A stretch of 64,000 nucleotides of DNA from Bugula neritina (GCA_964035545.1 OZ037767.1:2925680-2989679), one strand, 5' to 3'. Positions 39,701 through 54,401 are shown, counted from the stretch's first letter. The notes: a model not told the origin generated them from the sequence alone. Numbers and translations: made by a program.

Positions 39701-42700
39701 GTTGATAATGCCTACGAGTTTACCTGCATGTGTCCTCCGGGATTCTCCGGTAGCTTGTGTCAAGACAGAGAAGATGAATGTGAAAAAATTTCATGTGGAG
39801 ATTACTCCTCTGCGTGTGTTGACGAATATGAGTCCCTCAACTCAACTTATTGCTTCTCTGTTTTCTTCAAGAAGGTGGTGAATGGTGAGAATCTACGCTA
39901 ACTGTTGACCTACAGGCTATGAAACTATAAAACTAGGCTGTACGAAGGGTTATAAAACTAGGTTATGGGAATGGTTGTAAAAATAGTCTCTAAACATAGG
40001 CTATGAAATCATAAACTTTGAATATGGAAATTTTTGACTGGTTGTATAAAAACCGTTAGGTTATATAATACCGAACTTGATAATTAAAAAGTTGAAGTAT
40101 TGGAATGCTGTGAGGTATTTGTTGTGACATTTCTGCTAGTAGTATAGTCTGTCGCACATTATTAAATTTTCAAAAGCTTATTTCCGACTTTAAAATTCGA
40201 ATTCATATCAAATATTATTTAGTTAATCTTCCATTGTGTTAAACATTTATCCATAAATTATATAAATAAGCAATTATAAAAATAAGACATTAATAAAATA
40301 ATTTTATTCAACTATTCTGCCAAATTTCTTGTTTCTCAATAAAGTCTCTATTGGCTGTTTTCAGTAAGCGTTTCCATCAGCACAACCTCTTACTGCGAAG
40401 CTCATAATATCGAGTGTGAAAATGATGGAGAGTGTGAAGATGTCAGTGGACTGGACAGGTACAGGTGTGTCTGTTCGGACATCTACGACGGTCAGCATTG
40501 TCAGCATAGAATAGACTTCTGCGAAGATGACCCTTGTGGCAATGGAGCATGCTCGAACAAGGTATATCTGCAGAATATGTTCTTATTTGTTGGAATCTGC
40601 AGATCTTATATGTATTAGTGGATGAGTGAAGTATACTAGCTCGCAATGCATTAGTTTACGTGTAAAGACATGACTCACATGGCTTTATAGTCGCTATCCT
40701 TGTGAGAACCCCTTATAGAAAATGTTTATGTGTTGAGACATGTTGCTAAGTATAAGATATAAATTGATGAGGTGCATTGGTTTACGTGTAATAAAATAAT
40801 TCAAAAACGCACATGGGTTTAATGTGACTATGAAAACCTTCGATGCAAAGCATTTTTATGTGTTAAGACATGTTAATGCTTATTGGAATATATAAATTGA
40901 TGATGCTGTCTACGTGCATAACTGTATCACAGGCTATGCATTCAGTGAAAACATGTTTATTATTCATACTCTACAGGATGATGAGGCAGGGTACACGTGT
41001 AACTGTACCACAGGCTACATATTTGATGATATGACGTGTGCTGATGTTGATGAGTGTGATGAAAATGACGACTTATGTAACACTGGGGACTGTATGAACA
41101 CGGAAGGCTCGTACTACTGCATGTGTGACGAGGAACACGCTGGGAAACATTGCGAGGTAGAGACATCATAGTTCAATGGCTGCATATTCTGACTAACAAC
41201 GCTTACAGTTAGACGGTTGCTGTTTTGAATGTCTGCCTTTAAAATGCTAGATTAAAGTTACCGTTTAATCTGAGAGCACGATAACGTTATCTTTCATGGC
41301 CTAGTTTCACAGTCGTCAATTTCTTTTATTTACAAATTGTTATTTCTAAACAAAATTAAAAATGTTGTGGATAATGTTTTATTATTTGTGTTGTATGTGT
41401 GCTTATTTAGTCTTGATAATTTCATTCAATGTTTTTGCAGACAAACATCAACGAATGTTTGACTAAACCATGTAACGGAGAATTTTCAGCTTGTCTGGAC
41501 TCTGACACTCATTACGAGTGTTTTTGTCAGGCCAACCTCACAGGTAAATCACAAACCACCTCCTCAGCTGTGTGGTAGACACAATTACCAGTAGACTATC
41601 AGTTTAACTATTTGAAAATCAACTAAAACTTGTACGCAATACTTGTGATGATTTGTGCCACTAAAGTTGAGTTTCCTACTACATTTAGGTGACAATTGCT
41701 ACGAGGAAGAGAATTTGTGTGAAGACCAGTGTCAGGGCGACAGCACGTGTCACCCCGTGTTTGGCAGCTACGTCTGCCAGTGCAGGCTGCCATCTTACGG
41801 CAGACATTGTGAGAACACGCCAAACATCTGCGAAGTAGAGAAACCGTGCGTCTACGGTGGTGTTTGCGAAAACGTTGACAACTCTTTCACTTGCGTTGAC
41901 TGTGATAGCGGTTAGTATTTATGTATGGCTTTTAGTGGATGCCAGGAAGCGGCATCATTTTCTATAGAAATTAAAACTGAATCGTTCAGTGATCAATGGC
42001 TTTGAGAGTTTTCTGGTTGCTTTTGAGTTAATAGAATGTTGGGATGTGTTTAAGCTTTTTTATAATTAGTTTTGTAGTTTATGTCGAATTTGTAGTTACC
42101 AATGTAGCAACCACTGTAGTAGCAACTGTAGCAATTACTGTAGTAGCAACTGTAGCAATTACTGTAGTAGCAACTGTAGCAATTACTGTAGTAGCAACTG
42201 CAGCAATAACTGTAGTAGCAACTGCAGCAATAACTGTAGTAGCAACTGCAGCAATTACTGTAGTAGGTACTGTAGTTGGTAGTATAGTAATTACTGTAGT
42301 ACAGGCTAGCCTCTTACATGTCTTCTCTGCTTGTATCTTATTTGACTTCTACAAAACTTAATTACTGAGAAGGCTTTTATTTTGTTGCACGCTACTTACT
42401 AGCCAAGCTGAACTTTGCACTCACACCTTAAATGCAATATGTAATCAATTCTAATCATAAGAATAATTAAACATTTTCAAGTTCAGTATTGAAATATTCT
42501 GATATATGGAACTTTAAATAATAAAAGTTCTCACAATTGAAGCTTTGCTTGTTTGTTTGCAGGTTTCTATGGTGACGCCTGTGAGCTCTGGATTAATGAG
42601 TGCATCGACAACCCGTGTGAGAATGGAGGCAGTTGTGAACTAAAGCGTGTCCAAGGTTACACCTGCACTTGCCCACCAGGTGATCTCTTGCACTTGTATT

Positions 42701-45700
42701 TTATTTTATGCTGTTTCAATCTGCTTTACCATTTTTTTAAAGTTCTCAAGTTAGATTTCTTTTGAAATAGTTGTAAGATGTATATTCACTGTTTATATCC
42801 TTCTTTTATTTCTGTTACATTATCTCACAAAGATGTCTTCTCTTACTAGGTTTTATTGGAGATCACTGTGAGACGAAGCTAGACCCTTGTTCTGCTGACC
42901 CTTGCATAGGATCCGCCACTTGCGTGAACCAAGGGTTCTACGACTACAAGTGTGTGTGTCCCCCGGGGAGAGTTGGATCAGCCTGTGATACTCGTAAGCT
43001 GTTATTACCGCCTTGTATACGTCCCAATCTCTCCGCCACGTTCATTATTTAGGTCAAATGTTAAGGACGTTATCTTATTATTCCCTATAATAATGGCTAA
43101 TCAATTCAGCTATGTCTAAGTGCACATCTCTCAACTACTAACTAGCTGCAGATATCTATGTGCACATACAATACTGGTGTATATTAAAAATAAGTGATTA
43201 CAGGTATGTGTAAGTCTATAGTTAGTGTACAGTACATTAAGTGTATAGTAAGTGTATAGCACAGTAAGTGCACAGGAAGTGTATAGTACATTAAGTGTAT
43301 AGTAAGTGTATAGCACAGTAAGTGTACAGCAAGTGTATGATACAGTAATCGTTGTGTGTTTTAGCAATTGATGAAGGTATGCTCTTTACCCCACCCTGTT
43401 TCTTTATCTCAGTCTATCATAGTTATGTTAGTCAAGAGATGTTATGAAGTCTGTGATAATATATTATGTAATCTAACAAAATGATATGTTAAAATATAGT
43501 GCATAAATGTATATTAAATACATTATAACGTATTTTATGTTAGGTATATAATATATCATAGCTTTTTGTGATCTGGAACCCTAATTTTAGTTTTACAGTA
43601 ATACACATGTTTTGTGGTAAATTAATAGTAACCAAAACTGTTGAAAGTTTATTCATTATTGACAGCGAAGCTATTTGATTACTCGTAGGTTGTAATGTTC
43701 TACAGATTTGTCTTCTCTTTGATTTTGTTTTATCCTCCAAAGTTTCTTCCTTTCTTTTATTAAAATAATTAGATGTTTGAGAACTTCTCTTGTCAGTTTG
43801 TCTTACGCAGCGCCGTGTTTATTTCTCCAACATCTCTATATAAATACTGTTCAGGAACGCTGGTTTCATGTCTATATAATATGTATTCATTCCATGAGTG
43901 TGTAACACTTCTATACTGTAGTAAATGAGTTCATTGGTATACTCAGTGTGAGGTCCCATTAGCAAGAATTAACCCCATCTGTTTTTCTTCACTTAGTTCG
44001 AATTCAATTTGCCAAATTTTGTAATTTTGTTGCAATACTTTACGTTGTTGAGTGACTATTGTACATCTTGCTGCCAATTTTAATTATCAATGGTGCTTAC
44101 TGTGGGATTCTCCCTCTACCAGCACACTTTCTCTATTACCATGCTGCCTCTATTACCATGCTGCCTCTATTACCACACTATCACTTCTTTGCAGTGATTG
44201 ACGCTGACTTTGACTTTTACCTGAAGCTTGGGGAATACTTTGTCATCTTAGAGCCGACAATATCTGCTCACTGGACGATCACCAGGTTCACCCTCTCTAC
44301 TTGGGTGAGACTCGATAGAACTGAGGATAAGAACGGTTTCATTGATTTCCTGCAAGTGACAGTCGAGGGGTAAGGGGTTTGGGATTCTTCTTACTGAGCT
44401 TGTAGCTTATCCAGTGTCTGGCAAGCAGTGTTTAGTAAAAAATGTCATTATTTATTGGTTTTTCTAGATCCAAGCAAAAAATCAAAACAAAACTCTACTC
44501 AGATGCACTTAAATCTAGCGCAGGCTGTTTTGAATGTGAACTTTAATTCATATTAACCTGTTGGTAGATAGAGTGCTCTAAAAAGAGGTTGCAGAAAACA
44601 TTTAGGCCTTACATTTTACAGATTGTCAATAGCTTCACTGAGCAATTTTTTGAGGAAAGCAAATTGACACTGTTGTAATCATCTACCTACCATTACATTA
44701 TAACGCTGTTGTAATTGTCTACCATTACATAATGCTGTGTAATCAGCTACCACTTGCTGCGATATTTCAGTGAGGCAGTGTTGAGACTGAACGCCAACAG
44801 GTGTATGTACAATGGCAAGTTTTACAACATCCGCACTAATCCAAGCAGCTCTCTTTCTGTCGGGTACTGGGCTTTCTACGCTGTCAGTGTCAACACTGTA
44901 GATGGGCAGACAACTCTTTCTGTCTCTACTGACGGAATAGCCATAGACTACATTCTAGATGAGGTTCCTGAAGAAAAGGCCGGCAGGTAAGAGTTTTTTT
45001 TGTTAGCAAAAACAGGCAAGGGCAGTTGAGCTGCTAATAATTAAATATTTCAAACATGATTTTGCACAGATTTTAAAAACTGCTAAAAGGCTAATAATTA
45101 ATGTTGCGGCAGTATTGATTTTTATAATTTAATTTGATATGTGTGTGTCATTCTAGGCATGCTAATTCTGAAATTAAAATGCACAGTGATACTAGTACTA
45201 AGGTGTAACGTTGTTGTCATTCTGAACTTACAGACTGAACATTGAAGTCTCTCCAGACAGGAACTTTGTGGGCTACTGCAGTCAGACATATTTGTGGGCC
45301 GGTGCAGCCTTCACCCGCAGTGAACTTGATGCTATCCGTCTGGTACCGCGAGGTGAAGGTGAGAGCAGCTCCTTTCTATTTCTTAGACTGAATCAAGCAT
45401 TTTGTGGTATTCTAGGTCATCTCTCTCCTTAATTCTGATGAAAATAAATTAATTGAGTTTTATAAAGAATTGTGGATAGAATAATTTATTGTGATATCTG
45501 ATAGTCAGACATACAGACGTACAGACATACAGACAGGCAGACAGATGGACAGACAGACATACAGATAGAAACTAGTAATATCATATTATGTAAATGATGA
45601 TGAAGATTATTAGCGATAGTTTCGCATAAATATGCTTTGATCATAATGTCACTAGTGCTACTGACTACTGCATCCTTTATGTAGTCTTCAACAGGAACTC

Positions 45701-48700
45701 ACGGAGCTGTTTGCTATGTCACCTTTAGGGTTGTTTGTTGGTCTTCTTAGTAACACCATCATTTCATAATTGCTCTCGATTTGTTATGTTGCAAACTTTA
45801 AGAACCGTAAAACTTAATTATCCAGTTTGTATCAGAAATAGAATTATTTGAGCCTGTGAATGTCTTCCACCGCCACTCACTTCTTTGTGTCATCAGAGAG
45901 CTTGAAATATACACCATTTATTTAATGCTGAGTTATGTATAATTGATCATATAAGGTAGCCCTCTTTAGACTTTCTAGTGTAATGGTGCTAAGTCTATAT
46001 CAAGTCTCTTTATTGTTTCAGTTATCGAAGGCTCACAGTTCAAAGTAGAGTTTCTTCACTATTTCTGGGCAGCTGGACTCTACCGAACATCTCCATTTTG
46101 TGAAGTTGCCCGACCGACCAAAGCCTGCATTATATGTGATGATGACAGCATTGGAAGTAGGTCATCTACACCAATAGACAGCAAATAAATAAACATCACA
46201 GAGGTTTCTGAAATTCCATAAATTTTCAGAACTTTCCTCCAATGGATTGTTCATGTTTTTGGAGTTGTTGCCCCATTCAATCTCTTATAAAAGTTTTCCC
46301 AAGTTTCCCACGTCACTCTGGGATACATACATGCAATGTGTCATCACACCAGCTCATTCAGTTGTCATCAAACATTATATAGTTCATTTCGTTTTATTCA
46401 GCGTTCTTGGAATTCGAGAGAGAGTGCCCGAAGGATATAGTTGTGACCACATCAGCTCGGTCTGTGCAGGTCACATGGGATCCTCCTTTGTTCTTGTTGA
46501 ATGGTGAGGCTTTCACAGCCAACACTCCAAACATTAAGCCAGGTTAGTTACACATACTTTGTATTGTTATAATAGCCATAGTCATCCTATATCTTCCTCT
46601 TTGCCCTACTATTAGCAGTTAGCTGCTCATGTTGGAATTGTGTTTGGTTTGATACGTGTGGAAACTAGTTTTAGTTTAGTTAGAGAAGGCATTTTTAAAC
46701 TAAAGCTGATGTACCATTACCATTTAGTTTTAATGAATTCAGCAAAGATGATCTTATCATGTACATGGGTGTTTAGCTTTTAATAGATTCTATGTATTTC
46801 TTTTTAATTCTTAATGTTTTTTATCATCTTGAAGACTTTGGGGTTTTATACTTGTTTTAATTTATGAAAGTTTTCCTAAGCTGGTATGAAAATCCTTTAA
46901 TTCATACCAGCTTAGTTATAATTTGATAACTCGCAACACATGCAACGTTCACATTTCAATTTTAGGTACTGAGCTTGGCTTGGGGAAACATAAAGTCAGA
47001 TATTCAGCTTCAAAGAATGGCAAAACTCTTAAATGTGACTTCAACATCTACGTGAGATGTGAGTAGAGCAATAACTCTTGTTTGTTTGTTTGTTTGTTTG
47101 TTTGTCTGTTTGTCTGTTTGTTTGTTTGTTTGTTTGTTTGTTTGTTTGTTTGTCTGCTTGCTAAGTCTAGCTTCAACATATTAACTTCAGCATAATTAAA
47201 TGTCTAAAAGATATTCCCCAACTTTTCAACAATTGATTGAAATAAACTCAGCAATGTCTAAAGTGAAAGTATTTTCAATTTCTTGTTGTTAGCAATTCTG
47301 ATTATCTTATCACAGCCACTTGATAATATATATTGCCTTGCTGTTGGGCTGTACAGACAGACTTATTGCACTATTTGTTGTCTGCAGTAACTTTACATAT
47401 TAACTTCCTGCAAAGCGTTTTATAACATAAACTAACGTTGGGCTTTGGGTAACTTCACTACATTTTACACTCATTTTAATTAGACATGGCAGGCTGTGTT
47501 ATTGTTTTTCATTTGGGAAACTAAAGTCTTTTTATTCAAAATGATTAAAAAGTGAAAAACATGTAATGAAATGCACCTGTGCAAACTTGTTGTATTGAGA
47601 TATTTTACGCATGCGTATATTTTTAACGCAACTCTATGTATTTAATAGAAGTTTTTTCTATACTGGGTGTGTTGTAATTCTATGGCTATGACTCTTTCAG
47701 TTGGCTGTGAAGGTATAGTATACAACTCACGCTGCATCCGGCCCCAGGAACAAACTGGAATTACCAAAGCCGAAGCAGAGTTTCGTTGCAAAAGCTTTGG
47801 AGGTTCGCCAAACGTTTAATATTTACTAATTTTGAGTATATTCTGACAAAGTTACATGCATTTTCATGAGTTGGCATACAAGGACTAGCATTTAGATTGT
47901 GTTTTAATTATAGTTAAACCTGTGCTATCAACTCATCACTGAACTAGCATCTTGTTTCTGCTTGGTAGAAATATTTTCCAGAATGAAAGTTTGTTGTCTT
48001 TTGTCATAGTGGAAGTGTGATATTATTTATATCTATATATCTCCAGGGGTGCCGGTGGATATTGTGGATGGGGATGTTGCTGATAACGTAGCAGACGTCA
48101 TCGCTACCTCCAACTATGAAGACAGGGAGTTGATTGTAGGCAGTCATGTAAATGGCAACTCCGACCCGCAATGCGTTTCCTTGTCATCAAGTACTGATGT
48201 ACTTGAGCCTTTAGAGTGCACCCAGGCTATTGGGGTGGTGTGTGGACGTCCCATATCCAGTAAGTAAAACTTGGATTTGTGATTTTTGTTATGAATATAC
48301 ATTCTTCATGTTGAAAGGTATTTCAATAAAAAGTCATTTTTAATTTTCGGTTTAGGATTTGTTTTCTCGTGTTTTTCAACTATTATCTGTGTTAATTACA
48401 GCTAAATGTTTTGATTTTTATCACATTATTGATGTCATTTTCTTTCTGTTTATTAGCAATTATATATTTTGACGTTATTTTAGACTATTTATTTTCTCAC
48501 CTTGTTCCTCCGCACAGGTGCTGAGTCATGTGTGTTACCCAGAATACCTAGCAACGTGAAGATTACACAGGTGAGCAGTAACTCTAACTTACTTAAGTAC
48601 AAGATTGAGTGTAAAGACGCGGATGCTAGACTCCCTAGCTATGCCCCTAATGAGATCACCTGCTACCCAGAAGGCAACTGGGACACCAACTTTGGCTCCT

Positions 48701-51700
48701 CCCTTCCATCCTGTGGTAAGTTTTCCTTTCCACGCATTATTCAGTCAATTTTAGGCTACATATCTGCTTTCCATAGTATTTATCAAAGGTAGTTTTACTT
48801 CAATTGCATAAAAATTAATAAATGTCGTTTTTAGTCTTTGAAAAATTGAGAAATTTCTTCATTATTTAATTATGTTATTTAAAAAAAAATTTTTTAAGCA
48901 TAAAATAATATTTAAAGATCTTTTTTCATAAAATCATTACATATTGAGACCGCAAGCTGTATTAAACTCGAGCAGAAATAAAAAACTAAATCAAATATCA
49001 AATTTTTTTGAACTATTATTCATCTTATCCTGCATACTTCTTGTGTTAACATTATAGCTTTTGTTTTGTAGTGTCAGTTCCAGGGAACTTAGTCTCCGTG
49101 TTCAGACGGATCAGATACAGAGTGAAGATAAGAATGTCGTTTAGATTCCGAATGACCAACCCCTGTCGCTCAGGCGGAACTTATAATACATACAACATCC
49201 TTTTCGCTGTTCGGAATGTACTCTTTGGTCTGAGAAACAGATATTCTGGTCTCATTAGAGTTGGTCGCAGATCTTCTCTTGCCTGTAAGTTGTTGCACTG
49301 TTGACATTAGGTGTAATATTCAGAGCGTTCACCAGTAGAAAGAATGCTGCAATAGTAGCTTTGCTTGTATCTAGAACAATTTTAACTGAGGCTACCAGTT
49401 ATTGTCGAAACCGGTGATTTTCAAGGGAGTTAGCAACATTAGTCCAAATGCAAAACTAATTATTCTTATATGAACATTAGACACTTTAGACACCAACCAA
49501 GTTACAATGACTGTTGTCAGCCATATAGTATTTTGACTTTCTTTTGAAGCCTGATGAACTTTTCAAGTTTAAAGAATGTTAAATGAGCAGCCAATTATAA
49601 ATGCTTCTCTTTCAGCTTACTGTGTCATTTTTGTGATGTACTTCTTGTGCTTTTAGTTTGCTGTGATGATCCAAGGAACTGCGACACTTCATCGTCTTGT
49701 GGTCTCCGGTCATTTGCTCTGTCATGCCGTTGTGGTCTGTTCGGCGGTAAACGAAGGAAGCGTAACACTGATGATGGGAATGAAAATGAGGTTGACGTAA
49801 ATCTTGATGAAATTGAGTGAGTATTGTAAGGAAGGACTTGAATCGGTCACAGTATAATAGTTTCACTGTTTAATTATATTTACTAAGGAGAGGTTAGATG
49901 CACAACATTGTAATTGAATTGAAGTTTTAATGACCAAAATATTAGTCAAGTTGACAGTCCATCCATGTGGTTACAAGATTTCTTGAACAAACGAGACATA
50001 AAACATTCAGCCTTCAAACCCATCATGATAATGCAAGGGGTTCTAAAACCAATTGAAGAATTATTTTGCTAAAGGGGGCTCAAGTTGGCAACCTGCCAGA
50101 TAGAATCAAGATGCAACTGAATATTCATTTAATTTAATTTTCTAAAAAATAATTTAGTAATTTTATGAATCCAGGTTAGATCCCGATGACATAGATTTGT
50201 CAGCTGCTGAAATCCTGACGGCAGCAGTGGCGAGTGGAGAGTTCACCAACAATATAACGAATAGTGGATTCAACGTACTCGATGACGAGCCTATTCTCAG
50301 CTCTTTGGAGATTGCGCAGGAACCTAATTGCCCGGAAGGGTTTGAGGTGGTGGACGATGAGTGTGGTACGTATCCCACTTCTGGAAATACACTTCCTGTT
50401 CTGTTGGTGCAGACGTAACACAAAGTCCTTGTGACTTTTCTGTCACTCAGATCTCTCTAACTTGAGTCATCATAGCTTATAAGCTTACGGTCTATCAAGA
50501 TATAGACAATGGTGATGGTGTTTTGAGGCTTCTGCTGAGAAAAGCTTTGTAATAAGTTAGCAGTTAGGAACTTGAGGGTTGGAAGCAGTGCCCCTTCCTC
50601 AATATTCTGACAAGTTAGTTGAGAACTCAAGCTTAATGTTATCTGAATACTATTTCACTGAAACTAGTCAGCTTTGAGTTGAGAGTTGTGTTTCATATAG
50701 TTCAGAGTTTAGACAACTCCTATTCCTTGCAGAACCTTGTCCCGAGGGAACTTACTGGACAACCAACGGCACTTGTGAATTCTGTGACTTCAACTTCTAC
50801 CAACCGGACATAAACGCTACGGAATGTATACCGTGTGATGGGGATAGTGTGACGTACAACACTGGTGCTGCATCTGCTGATGAGTGTGCTGGTAATGTGT
50901 TTACCTGCGTGGTATAATATGTTTACCTGCGTGGTATAATGTGTTTACCTGCGTGGTATAATGTGTTTACCTGCGTGGTATAATGTGTTTACCTGCGTGG
51001 TATAATGTGTTTACCTGCGTGGTATAATGTGTTTACCTGCGTGGTATAATGTGTTTACCTGCGTGGTATACTGTGTTTACCTGCGTGGTATAATGTGTTT
51101 ACCTGCGTGGTATAATGTGTTTACCTGCGCAGTCTTGTTATATACCTGCAGTATATTTACCTGTGTAATGTTATTGTCAACCTTTGTATGATAATATTAT
51201 GCTTTCAAGTTTTTTGGCTCATGCAACTCGATTTAATTTTTGCCAAAAGTAAATTTCACCAATAACTTAGAGCTGCATTATGAAATTTGATATACAGTAG
51301 CAATATACAAAATGTATATCTGCAATGCCACTTTATGGGCTGTAATAAATACGTGCTGTATGCAACTTTAATAAAAGTTTATATTCGTTTGTTGTTATCT
51401 TTAAAACTTTTAATTTTGAATTTAATTTCAACCATGACTTCTTGGGCATAGCGATTTAGCATTTATTGTATTGTATAATTATAGAAAGTTGTTGTTTCAA
51501 CTAGTGATAAATAATTAGTAAGACAACTCTTGTAGTTGAAGCTCCCGCGGGATCATTTTACAATGAGATCTCACAAACTTTGGAGTTGTGCCCTCGGGGA
51601 ACCTATCAGTCGGAGCCCGGTCAGCTGTCATGTGAACCATGCCCTCCGTCTACAAACACGCCCACTAACGGCAGCACCTCTGCTGACCAATGTGAAGGTA

Positions 51701-54101
51701 GGTGTCCCGGTATCTCGCACTCGGCAACTTTCATTCTTGTTTCTCAGAAGATCTATAAACAGTTCAATCATGTTGTGTGATTGTTATTTGTTCAAAAATG
51801 ATCCAGTAATTAATTGTTTAGTGTCTGAGTGACTAATTAGAGGGAAAGATAGTTGCAGTTTTCTCAAAAAGGATTAGCTTACATTTTACTAGAACCTTGT
51901 TGTATAGAAAGTTAATTTACTATGGAATGTTTCAAAAGCAAATGACAAACCAAAAAATATAAACTCAAACTAAAAGAAAGTCTTCAATACTGCACCTATG
52001 ACCCACTCTTTCATTCCTTTAGTTAGTACACTCAGTCAGTGACTCTGTTTGTTAGTACACTCAGTCAGTGACTCTGTTTGTTAGTACACTCAGTCACTGA
52101 CTCTGTTTGTTAGTACACTCGTTTACTGTGTGTAAGGAGACATGCTAGTTAAATGATGATTTGCAGATGAGTGTCCCAGCGGTAGTCGCTACAGCTCAGC
52201 AGATGGAATATGTGTCTTGTGTGAGATTGGTTACTATAGAGACGAAGCCTTAGACGTTGCTTGTGTCAAGTGTCCAGACGGGCTGATCACTGAAATGGAA
52301 GGATCAGTGAGCCAAAACAACTGTACTATTGGTAAGATTTGTTCTTTAGTTCTCCGGTTAAACTTAATAGATGTTAAATACTGACTTGGAGTTGGCCCTA
52401 GAAAGCAGCTAGTAGAAGTGTGAATCACGTGCTGTTATCATCTTACAGCCGACTGTGATATTGGAGAATACAGAAATGAGACAATCAACGTCTGTATGGG
52501 ATGCCCTAGAGGAACATTCCAGAATGAAACAAGGCAGACAGAGTGCATGGCGTGTGGTGGAAATGAGACAACAATGGCTACCAATAGCACCAGTCCATCA
52601 GACTGCAAATGTATGTTAGATATGCAGTTACTTACTACTAATATCCTGTGTCTTCTGCTAATATTCTGTATCTTCTAAAGATGTTATGTAGAATCTACAA
52701 ATATTTCTACTCTGCGTCACTAGATCAAACAGTTTTCTCATCTTATGTTTTGTTGTTTTCAGAATTTGATTGGTTCATAAGATACATGAACTATGATGGT
52801 GTATTGTATAGATCTAGCACATGATGTATAACTAATTTACAGATAACCTGCAATTAGCCTGTAGATAAGGTGTTATTTCATAGTTTTTTTTTCTACTACA
52901 ATATTTTTTCAAGTGATTATTCAAAAAACTTGAGACTTACCAAGCTATTATATGCATCAGAAAATGAAGCTCGTGCTATAGAGAAAGAGGTGGTAAAAGT
53001 AAGCATGGTTAAATGATGCTATAATAAATTTTTAAGCATTGTGTTTTTGTATACCACGTTGTACTAGAGAGTATATGTTTACAATGCCTAGTGAGGGAGA
53101 CTTCTAATTATTATTTCAATCAATTCTTTTAAAACTCTATCAAAACATTGGCAGAAGGAAGAAATACTATGCATATAATATCTCTAGAAAGCATTTGTTG
53201 TACGTATGCTCTCATCTTTGTAGTTATCTGTCCTGATGGGTACGAGGAGGCGGCCAATAGCAGCTGCTCTCTGTGTGAAGTTGGCTCTTATAGAACTAAG
53301 GACATTGACAACATCGCCAACAAGATGTGTACCGAGTGTGGCGGGTATTGGACGACAGCTGAGGAGGGCTCTGTTACCGAATCTCAGTGCTCAATATGTA
53401 CGTCACCCTCCCAATTTTATCTCTCTTATTATCTAATCGCTTTTTATTTTTATGTTACATTTCTTTGTTTAGTCCAATGTTGAAAAGATATTTTATTTTT
53501 GTAATAACTTGGGTGACACAAAAGTTGATGATTTTGCAGACATTTGCAATTTATATAGCGAGTTGTATGTTTCGGAGGTATGAGGAATTTTTCTTTTAGA
53601 TCAGACAACTAAACTGTTGGTTTTGTGAATTATTCTACACATCTGTGCTTATTTGCAGTGGCATGTCCCGAAGGGTTGCAGGCTAATTCCACTATGGATG
53701 GGTGTGAAGAGTGCCCGGTAGGCACATACAGCGATGGCTACACCAATGCTACACAAAGTTGTAGCGCTTGCGATTCACTCGGCCACTATACCACCAACTC
53801 CACAGGCAAAGACAGCGCTGACGATTGCTACTGTAAGCATATCTTTAACTCGAGAAGTTTCTAGAAATTTTCAGGGTTGCTACAGTCACATGTGTTTGTA
53901 AAAAGTTTTTATATAGGTGAAGTTGAAAATAATTTTTGTGGTAGTAATTTGTTTATTATGGTTTAGACATTTTAAAATGTTTGATATTTCAGTGTAGCCA
54001 TAATATTATGACTTGGTAAAAATTTAATTGAGTTTGTCCTGTGTTGGCTAAATAAACTCAGAAATGAGTTTAGAATAACTGACTGACTGACTGACTGACT
54101 G

Positions 54102-54136
<35 letters not shown>

Positions 54137-54401
54137 GACTGACTGACTGACTGACTGACTGACTGACTGACTGACTGACTGACTGACTGACTGACTGACT
54201 GACTGACTGACTGACTGACTGACTGACTGACTGACTGACTGACTGACTGACTGACTGACTGACTGACTGACTGACTGACTGACTGACTGACTGACTGACT
54301 GACTGACTGACTGACTGACTGACTGACTGACTGACTGACTGACTGACTGACTGACTGACTGACTGACTGACTGACTGACTGAATGACTTACTGACTTACT
54401 G

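Larger units (their letters stand above)
37142..42993 (+). other. Notch-like EGF/cbEGF repeat run of gene 2
   Basis: DGCISSPCMNGGTC, DVDECDENDDLCNTGDCMNTEGSYYCMC, INECIDNPCENGGSC and similar repeats. Confidence 0.9.

Noticed and set aside
43000-50700. Splitting gene 2 into separate EGF, pentraxin and GCC-repeat genes
   Set aside because: Exons missing from the ORF track (45234, 46022, 46402, 46966, 47701, 49657) join the parts in frame, with no stop or new signal peptide.
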